Virus record (IMG/VR): IMGVR_UViG_3300035633_000175
Coordinates: 1-30,245 of that record
Source of the DNA: a virus
Taxonomy: Duplodnaviria > Caudoviricetes
Direction: 5' to 3' (one strand)
Length of the DNA stretch: 30,245 nt
Position numbers and translations under genes: made by a program. Under the pieces are notes generated by a model. That model did no database searches and had not been told where the DNA came from. It saw only the letters and a program-made list of their open reading frames with translations. Positions 23,187-30,245 of this stretch are shown here, one piece after another. Positions within the stretch are counted from its first letter, which is position 1, and each line of letters starts with the position of its first letter.

Positions 23187-24971
23187 GTGTCAGTCCAAAG
23201 AATAGACTATGTAGTCAACAAGCAGCAAGTCACAGAAGCAGCCGCAGAACTCGATAAGCTTGACAAAGCCACAGAAGGGGCAAAGGAATCGACAGAAGAC
23301 CTCACGGAAACCAATGTTGGGTTATCTGACCAGCTTAAAACCACAGCCAATAATTTTCAGATTGCAGGAGTAGGCGCCGGAGACCTTGCTTCAGGTTTAG
23401 GAAAAGCCAGCGCCGGAGCTAAAACACTAACAACAAGCAGCAAAGCGCTGTCTATAGCGATGAAAGCTATTCCTGTGCTTGCTCTTGTAGGCGCACTCAC
23501 TTCTTTGTTCGCGTTTTTCACTAAGACAGAAAGAGGGGCTCAGAAGCTGCGTGTAGCTATGGCGTTTCTGGAAGGCGCTTTTGGCGCTGTTATGGATGTC
23601 GTAATATCCTTTGGTGAAAGCTTAGTCGCTGCATTCGAGAACCCACAAAAAGCACTGCAGAACCTGGCAGATAATGTTCGCTTCTACTTTACTGAGTTTA
23701 TCCCTAACGCATTCAATAAAACACTGGATGGACTGGGCATGTTAGGCGAGGCTATAGCGCTACTGTTTAAAGGAGAGTTCAGCGAGGCACTGGACACAGC
23801 TAAAGAGGGAGCTATACAGCTTGCCGACGGCATCACAGACCTTAACCCAGGCACGGCTATCATTAAAGCGCTTACAAGCGAGGTAATAGAGCTAGGCAAA
23901 GAAATTAAAGCGGATGCTATAGCAGCAGCTGATCTGGAGAACCAAATGAATAAGCTCATTGTGGCTGAAAGGCAGATTGCACTTGATAGAGCTATTGCAA
24001 ACAAAGAGATTGAGCGCCAAAAGTTCATAGCAGAAGATGTCAAGCGCTCATTTGAAGAAAGAGAGGCTGCAGCACGCAAGGCGTTTGATCTCGAGAACGA
24101 GCTACTAGAGAGAGAACTAGCACTACAGCGTGAGCGTGTTCGCATAATTGAAGAGCAGAACACACTTAGCGAATCTGGAGAGGAGGACATACAAGCGGAG
24201 TATGATGCTCGGATAGCGCTTGCCAACCTGGAACAGACCTCAGCAACTAAACAAATTGAACTGAACAACAAGCTTAACACCATTCTCCAGCAGAAGATGA
24301 TGCTCGCTCAGCAGGAGGAAGCTCAAAAGAAAGCAGCTTGGGAAGCTGAGAACGCACGCGAAGCAGAAATGCTTAAGGCACAGGAGCAAAAAGCAAAAGA
24401 TGAAGCAGAGCGCTTAAAGAAGGAGAAGGAGTTTCGTGAACAGGAGTTCTTAAAGCTTGGCGATGCTATTAACCAGCGCAACACTGTAGAGAAAGCAATC
24501 GCTATCAAAAAGCTGGCTATGAACATTCCTGAAATGGCGTCCAATGCTTTTAATGCTATGGTTGGTATTCCTGTAGTAGGCCCAGTGCTTGCGCCTATCG
24601 CTGCAGGAGCTGCAGTAGCTTTTGGAGCAAAGCAGCTCGCTCAACTAACAGGCATTCAGATCCCAAAATTTAAGGAAGGGGTAATTGGCTTACAAGGAGG
24701 CACCCCAGGCGTAGACTCTATTCCAGCACTGCTTATGCCCGGAGAGAGCGTTATGACCACAGCAGAAACAGCAAAATACGGACCTACACTGGAAGCTATT
24801 AGAGAAGGCGTAGATCCAACTCTTATCAATAACGCCGCAAAAGGCGCAGGAGCAATCAGTATTGTAGAGGTGCCACGCGACAGGATCAGCTTTGATCAGC
24901 GTGGTTTCACAGCCTACCAAAACAAGCTCAACACAGAGATAGCTATCAAGCAAGCTAAGTACTCCACATGA
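23187..24971 (+). CDS. Tape measure protein
   Basis: Ala/Glu/Leu-rich helical protein with hydrophobic segments, long coiled coil, IP.VG..LA..A motif and C-terminal PKF..G...G...DSIPA.L..GE.V motif. Confidence 0.8.
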   Translation: MSVQRIDYVVNKQQVTEAAAELDKLDKATEGAKESTEDLTETNVGLSDQLKTTANNFQIAGVGAGDLASGLGKASAGAKTLTTSSKALSIAMKAIPVLALVGALTSLFAFFTKTERGAQKLRVAMAFLEGAFGAVMDVVISFGESLVAAFENPQKALQNLADNVRFYFTEFIPNAFNKTLDGLGMLGEAIALLFKGEFSEALDTAKEGAIQLADGITDLNPGTAIIKALTSEVIELGKEIKADAIAAADLENQMNKLIVAERQIALDRAIANKEIERQKFIAEDVKRSFEEREAAARKAFDLENELLERELALQRERVRIIEEQNTLSESGEEDIQAEYDARIALANLEQTSATKQIELNNKLNTILQQKMMLAQQEEAQKKAAWEAENAREAEMLKAQEQKAKDEAERLKKEKEFREQEFLKLGDAINQRNTVEKAIAIKKLAMNIPEMASNAFNAMVGIPVVGPVLAPIAAGAAVAFGAKQLAQLTGIQIPKFKEGVIGLQGGTPGVDSIPALLMPGESVMTTAETAKYGPTLEAIREGVDPTLINNAAKGAGAISIVEVPRDRISFDQRGFTAYQNKLNTEIAIKQAKYST

Positions 24972-27139
24972 ATTACCGCGTCACATTAGGAGGAACGGTG
25001 CTTAGCACAAATGAGCAGCCAGCGGATTTAAACTCGTTGCAAAGCTCTTTCAAAAGAGACTTTAAGGCTGGGGGTGTGTTTTTCAGCTTTTCTGGGCCTC
25101 CGGACAACGTTATCAAGCTACGCTTCCCGGGTCAGGGCAGAACAATACTTAGAGATGCCTATGCTGCCGACGGAGTAGATGCTCGCGTGACGTTAGTAAT
25201 TGAGCGGAGGTCGTCAGATTTAGACGACTATGCGATAGTCTACACAGGCCTTACAAACATGGCTACTAAGAAGCTTACACAAGATTTCTTTGAAGTGGAG
25301 TTTGAAGAAGTAAGCTTACTCAATCAAATAAAGACTAACCTGGAGACTGTTGTTGACCTAAGTAGCACTAAAGACGTAAACGGTGATTCTGTGCCTGCGC
25401 TTAGCTACGATGTAATGACATTCCCGGACTTTAACTTAGTTACATCAGGAACCAACGCCGGTATAGCACTATTTATCTACACAGGAGGGTCTGGCAGCTT
25501 TGCAACTATTCCGGATTTTACATTAGCTAGCAATCAAGTAACATACGTAGACGGATCCTCTCCATTTGAATCAATCGGGTCTAACACCTCATCAACGACT
25601 TGCGATTATGCTGGCGCAATAGTTCTCAAGCCTAATCAAGGCAGAGAGTACACAGCCACGGTCAGCGTTCGCGCTACCTTGGATTTGATTGTTTCGCTAT
25701 TCACAGGACCAATAACCGGATCCATCACGCTAGCTTTAAGAAGAGAAAACTTAAAGACCGGCATTAACAGCACAGTTGACAGTCTTGTTATAGACCCCTC
25801 TTTAGGAACTCAAACTGGAATATCATTAAACCTTGAAGAGACAATATCAGGAGGAAGCGATGAATATAGATATACATTCAGGGTTCAGTCAACAGTATCA
25901 GCACACCCAGACGACGACATAGACTTATTTCCACAGGTAGGCGTTCTTACGCTAGCTATGGAAACAACATTCGGCGCAGAGACCTCACCTGCAAAATGCC
26001 TTAAACTGTTTGACGCGATTACACGCAATTTAAAGCTCGTAACAGGTGAGGATGACTTACTAGTAAGCACGGAGCTAGATAGTGCAGGAGCGCTTGAGAA
26101 TATAGCTGAAACGAACGGATATCAGCTACGCCAGACAGACCGCGGCATAAAAGGCACACTCAAACAGCGTTTTCACATGTTGAGAAGTGTATTTGGGCTA
26201 GGCTGGGGCATGGAGGTGGGCTACCTGGGCGCAGCATTGAACGCAGTGCGTGTGAGGCCGTGGAATGACTTCTTTGCTGACGTGGAATTATTCGAGCTTT
26301 CGGACATCGAAACGGAGAGCTACGAAGAAAGCTACCCGGAAGAACTAAAGTTTAGTCGTGTGGCAGTAGGCTATAAGGCTTATTCTAACGACGACGAGAG
26401 CGAACGCGTAGACAGCATCAACGATTTCAATACTGAGGCCGCTTATAAGATACCCGTTGAAAACATAGCGGGGGACCTGGATTTTATCACGGACTACATA
26501 GCAAGCGGGAGACTGATAGAGATCACTAGACGCAAGCAATACCGTGCATTTGAAGATAAGTCATGGAAGCACGACGAGGACTTATTTCTGCTGGACTGCA
26601 TCACCTACCTGGGCCTCTCGCCTAGGCTGGACGCTAACATCCTCACAGAGGACGCAGGAGTGATATTATACAACCTGCTGATAAATCCTAGGTTCAACTT
26701 CTACAATCAGGCGCAGCTGGTTAATAGCGTACTATTTGGAAAGCCGGGAACCACAGAGTACTTCAATGAGAATTTTGCTGTTAACACAGAAGGCAAGATC
26801 GCATATTCGAACACATTTGGCAGCCCGTATCTAGGAGACACAAGGCAATTTGCAGCAGTAGGATCAGCGCCAGCAAACAACGACAGCCCACAGGCAAATA
26901 ACTACAGAAGCGGAACAGCTAAGTTTGATCCGTACAAGATTAAGTTCCGTACAGCACTCACAACATTGCAAGAGCACGAAATGCTTATGGCGCACAGGAA
27001 CGGACTCAGCTCAAGAAATTACGGGTACATCACAATCACGAATCCCGACGGTATAGTTCGCAGAGGATGGCTGATCAGCGCTGTTTTTAACGTGGTGGAC
27101 GGTATATACGAAATAGAACTAATTAGTAGAGCCTCATGA
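24968..27139 (+). CDS. Tail tip/hub structural protein with a central beta-rich insert
   Basis: 723 aa directly after the tape measure, ATGA-coupled. Confidence 0.55.
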   Translation: MNYRVTLGGTVLSTNEQPADLNSLQSSFKRDFKAGGVFFSFSGPPDNVIKLRFPGQGRTILRDAYAADGVDARVTLVIERRSSDLDDYAIVYTGLTNMATKKLTQDFFEVEFEEVSLLNQIKTNLETVVDLSSTKDVNGDSVPALSYDVMTFPDFNLVTSGTNAGIALFIYTGGSGSFATIPDFTLASNQVTYVDGSSPFESIGSNTSSTTCDYAGAIVLKPNQGREYTATVSVRATLDLIVSLFTGPITGSITLALRRENLKTGINSTVDSLVIDPSLGTQTGISLNLEETISGGSDEYRYTFRVQSTVSAHPDDDIDLFPQVGVLTLAMETTFGAETSPAKCLKLFDAITRNLKLVTGEDDLLVSTELDSAGALENIAETNGYQLRQTDRGIKGTLKQRFHMLRSVFGLGWGMEVGYLGAALNAVRVRPWNDFFADVELFELSDIETESYEESYPEELKFSRVAVGYKAYSNDDESERVDSINDFNTEAAYKIPVENIAGDLDFITDYIASGRLIEITRRKQYRAFEDKSWKHDEDLFLLDCITYLGLSPRLDANILTEDAGVILYNLLINPRFNFYNQAQLVNSVLFGKPGTTEYFNENFAVNTEGKIAYSNTFGSPYLGDTRQFAAVGSAPANNDSPQANNYRSGTAKFDPYKIKFRTALTTLQEHEMLMAHRNGLSSRNYGYITITNPDGIVRRGWLISAVFNVVDGIYEIELISRAS

Positions 27140-28062
27140 GTTGTTATAACGACATACAAGACAACAGTTTTCTTCGCATGAAGAAGTTCAGCGGCATTGT
27201 AACACTGGACGATTTGCGTTCCTCAGGGATTCCGGATCCATGTGACAGCATCCCCGGCATAGTGAACTGGACTGTAGAAAGCATAAATCTACAAAGAACA
27301 GGCCAAGGCAATCCCGCTGTTGACTGGGTAGGAGTAACAAACCGGTATGTGTTTGTAGATGATCAGCAGGACGATATCGTGCTGTATGACCTTACAGGAG
27401 GCGTATTTAGTCAAGTAGGCAACGAGCTTAACGTGCCTGGGCTTAACCCTGCGGTATGCAGGCTGAATCCTGGAAATGGAACTGTTGCTGTAGTAGTGTC
27501 CGGCACTATACGCGCCTATCAGTTCGATGGGACCGACTGGTCTCTGCTTGGATCTGCGTCCAGCTCTTTTGGCTTTGACAGGCCTTCGTTGGTTTATCTG
27601 GAAGACGATAAAATCGCTATCGTAGACAGGAATAATGATCTGCTAAGGACATTTGAGTTCAACGGCTCTACATGGTCGCAGACGGGTAACTCGCTGCTAG
27701 TTGAGTACGGTACAGTTAGCAACATGGCGCGCATAAACTCCAATACTGTTGTATTTGGAAATAACACGGACCGCTATTTCATTGTGTACACGTTTGACGG
27801 CACTGATTGGACTGCACTCGGAGCCACTAAGTCGTATCCGGAAGTAGCGTCCTATAATATCACGTTCTTAGAGAATGAAAGCGTCCTGGTTGCTATCGGA
27901 CAGAACACCAACGACATGAGAACGTATTTCTGGACAGGAGGCTTTTTTATAGAAACACAGAACGCCGACCCGGGACCTTGGTCAGGCGGCCAAGTGAGAG
28001 GGTTATGCCCAGCAGTAAGTGAAGGAGACAGAGCAATTGTTTACACACAGTCAGGAACATGA
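27136..28062 (+). CDS. Tail-associated beta-propeller-like repeat protein
   Basis: Five repeats of about 44 aa with (Y/F)x(F/L)xGxxWxxxG cores. Confidence 0.55.
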   Translation: MSCYNDIQDNSFLRMKKFSGIVTLDDLRSSGIPDPCDSIPGIVNWTVESINLQRTGQGNPAVDWVGVTNRYVFVDDQQDDIVLYDLTGGVFSQVGNELNVPGLNPAVCRLNPGNGTVAVVVSGTIRAYQFDGTDWSLLGSASSSFGFDRPSLVYLEDDKIAIVDRNNDLLRTFEFNGSTWSQTGNSLLVEYGTVSNMARINSNTVVFGNNTDRYFIVYTFDGTDWTALGATKSYPEVASYNITFLENESVLVAIGQNTNDMRTYFWTGGFFIETQNADPGPWSGGQVRGLCPAVSEGDRAIVYTQSGT

Positions 28063-28808
28063 GCAATTTTAATCAATTTCAAAACATCTATAATCCAGCA
28101 GTTGTGCTGGTCGCTGGAGACACATTTCGGAAGTACTTCAATATTGACGAGCTTGAAACAGTCTCAAGCTTTGCTCAATGGCACCTGGATTTAGTTCGTG
28201 AAGATTTTACTGTAGCGTACAGCGATATAGGCATCCTGCAAAAAGACACGCTGTCCGGAGGTTTTAGGTTTTGGACAGAGTTTATCGTTCCAGAAGGACT
28301 CACGCCTGGCTGCTATAGGTTTGCTATACAGGACGATTTCTATAGCCAGCTGCGATACCTATCTAACAGAGTAGAAGTGAGCACAGGGACTGACTATACG
28401 AAGATTGTGCGCTTTAGGAACGCAACCAACATCCTCAACTACAATTATGAAGGCTTGCCTAGCTTATATAATCAGTTTCGGCTCAAACTACATCAGCGGC
28501 ACTTGACGCCGCAAACGAAAGCAACAGGCTACGAACTTATCAATGGGTCATTTAATCCAGTAAGGTACACGCAAGGCCCTACAGCGGAATTTATTACCTT
28601 GTGGTATGACAAGGAAGACCACAAAGCTTTTAACTCAATAACTTTGCACAGTGATCTCTCCATCGAAAGCGACAATAACGCTGAAATGATCAGCTATGTT
28701 CGCGGCGATCAGGATTACAGCATAGACTGGCAAGACAATTATCCCTTAGCTGAGGGAACAATTAGAATGCAGCGAAATGACGAATACTCAAATAATAAGC
28801 TATTATGA
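28059..28808 (+). CDS. Virion structural protein
   Basis: ATGA-coupled between the tail genes and the portal. GCYR..I, SN...V and Y...FRL patterns. Confidence 0.5.
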   Translation: MSNFNQFQNIYNPAVVLVAGDTFRKYFNIDELETVSSFAQWHLDLVREDFTVAYSDIGILQKDTLSGGFRFWTEFIVPEGLTPGCYRFAIQDDFYSQLRYLSNRVEVSTGTDYTKIVRFRNATNILNYNYEGLPSLYNQFRLKLHQRHLTPQTKATGYELINGSFNPVRYTQGPTAEFITLWYDKEDHKAFNSITLHSDLSIESDNNAEMISYVRGDQDYSIDWQDNYPLAEGTIRMQRNDEYSNNKLL

Positions 28809-30245
28809 TAACAAGCGAAATCATAGAAGCAGGCGGAGCAGATCTAAACGACTACATCAAAAGCATTCTGAGGAACAACAATCCGCACAGGCATAGGTAT
28901 TACAAAGAAGCGTACAAGCACGCTAAGACAATGGGCGTGCATATAGAAGGCCAATCACCAAAAGAGCTGCTGGAGCGCAAAAGACCTAACGAGCCGGAAG
29001 CTGTCAGAGAGTACAGGCTGCAGACATGGAAAGCAGTTACAAAGTCTCTTAGCGACAAAGTAATCAACACAATCAACAGGATCTACAATCCTAGGCTCTT
29101 TCGCGTTCAGTACCCGGAAAACCCTAGTATTATACCGGAGAACGAAAGCTTACAGGAGTTCCTTACAGACGATTACGGTATCTACCGTAATATCTGGGTA
29201 TTTGTCAGAGAGACATTGCTGAAGATCACGCTTAGCGACCCGAATGCTGTTTGTATGATTTTCCCGGAAAACCCGTATGCAGAAGAGAACGAGTTTTACA
29301 GGCCTCTTCCTAAAATCTACAGATCGGAGAACGTTGTGGACTTTGTGGACCAGGAATATTACACCATTCTTTTCAAGCCTGTGCAAGGCGTAAACCCAAA
29401 GCCCGGAAAGCTGATTATTGTGTCTAAAAACATGCTGCAGGTCTGGAGGATTAAAGACCAGCAGAAGGTAATTGAAATGGAGCCGTACAGCCACGACCTA
29501 GGCGTTGTTCCTGCGTTTCGCATAGGAGGGCAGGTGGAAGGCCAGAAAAGCCCGTATTTCTACAGCTCTTTTGTGGCTGGCGTAGCGCCTCACTGGGACA
29601 AGGTAGTGAGCATGGTCTCAGACCTGGATGGCAGCATTATTAATCACCTATTCCCGGAAAGATACGAGTGGCAAGAAGAGTGTCCAAAGTGCGACGGCCA
29701 AGGGCATGTGGAAGTCCAGCCTTCCAATCTTGGAATAGCTATGGGCATGTCCCCAAGAAAAGCACAGTGCGGTCACTGCCAGGGTACAGGCTACGTAACA
29801 AATAAGAGCCCGTACGGCGTAATCAGCATCAAGCGCGAAGCTATTAACCCGGAGTCTCCTGTGCCTATTCCTCCAGCAGCGTATATCAACAAGGACATTG
29901 AGCCGCTACGCGAGCTGAAGACTATTGTCTCAGAGGAAGTAATGAACGGATACCGCGCCATCAACATGGAAATAATCGCTAAGGTAGGCGAGAACCAAAG
30001 TGGAGTTGCTAAGACAATCGACAGACAAGATCTGGACAGTTTCTTCAGCAGGATATCCGCACACACATTCGACTACCAGGTGATGGCTATACTGGAGCTC
30101 ACTGCACGCTGGAGATATGGCAATGTAATAAGTGCTAGTCTGCAGGACTACCTGAGCGAGATAGCAATCAACAAGCCCAAGGAGTTTAATGTGTTCAGCA
30201 TTGACGTGCTTATGGAGGAGCTTAAAACAGCAGAAAAGCTAGGAT
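28805..30245 (+). CDS. Portal protein (3'-truncated; missing from the ORF track)
   Basis: Open frame from ATG 28805 to the window end. RPNE....EYR, HDLG.VPA and NQSGVAK..DR portal-like motifs, plus a CxxCxGxG pair. Confidence 0.75.
   Translation, partial: MITSEIIEAGGADLNDYIKSILRNNNPHRHRYYKEAYKHAKTMGVHIEGQSPKELLERKRPNEPEAVREYRLQTWKAVTKSLSDKVINTINRIYNPRLFRVQYPENPSIIPENESLQEFLTDDYGIYRNIWVFVRETLLKITLSDPNAVCMIFPENPYAEENEFYRPLPKIYRSENVVDFVDQEYYTILFKPVQGVNPKPGKLIIVSKNMLQVWRIKDQQKVIEMEPYSHDLGVVPAFRIGGQVEGQKSPYFYSSFVAGVAPHWDKVVSMVSDLDGSIINHLFPERYEWQEECPKCDGQGHVEVQPSNLGIAMGMSPRKAQCGHCQGTGYVTNKSPYGVISIKREAINPESPVPIPPAAYINKDIEPLRELKTIVSEEVMNGYRAINMEIIAKVGENQSGVAKTIDRQDLDSFFSRISAHTFDYQVMAILELTARWRYGNVISASLQDYLSEIAINKPKEFNVFSIDVLMEELKTAEKLG

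Noticed and set aside
23183-23200. Out-of-frame ATG 23183 that would also give MSVQR if 4 nt (AGTC) were removed
   Set aside because: GTG 23187 already opens the full tape measure frame. Coincidence or a minor duplication cannot be distinguished without reads.
88-30066. Numerous minus-strand ORFs in the track (e.g. 23684-24283, 10365-10787, 17599-18009)
   Set aside because: All lie antisense to well-supported + strand genes and show no recognisable motifs. They are shadow ORFs.
1-30245. Integrase/att site, tRNA or rRNA genes
   Set aside because: None recognisable, and the intergenic gaps are short and accounted for. Lifestyle cannot be determined from this window.

Overview
This window is most of the genome of a tailed dsDNA bacteriophage (Caudoviricetes), probably infecting a Bacteroidota host. 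Host evidence: A-rich leaders without Shine-Dalgarno motifs, near-matches to the TTTG/TAnnTTTG promoter, and Bacteroidota-type QueC, holin and lipoprotein signatures. All credible genes are on the + strand and many are coupled by ATGA overlaps. Gene order: 3' part of major capsid protein; tail-tube-like protein; terminator; six-gene glycosyltransferase/methyltransferase cassette; neck and tail-completion genes (one fused to Ig/LRR-like domains); lysis module (lipoprotein peptidase, holin, spanin, amidase); early genes (pentapeptide repeat, QueD/QueC chimera); replication (initiator with ori-like repeats, split DnaB-type helicase); RecT/YqaJ recombination; HTH; MoxR AAA+ and partner; TerS/TerL; tail chaperone with a likely -1 frameshift; tape measure; tail proteins; portal (runs off the right end). 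I saw no integrase, tRNA, CRISPR array or reverse transcriptase. The most notable items are the glycan-synthesis cassette inside the virion operon, the QueD-QueC fusion scar, a promoter-containing hairpin that could occlude the first early start codon, and a DnaJ-like zinc finger in the portal. All family assignments come from motif recognition by eye, not database searches.
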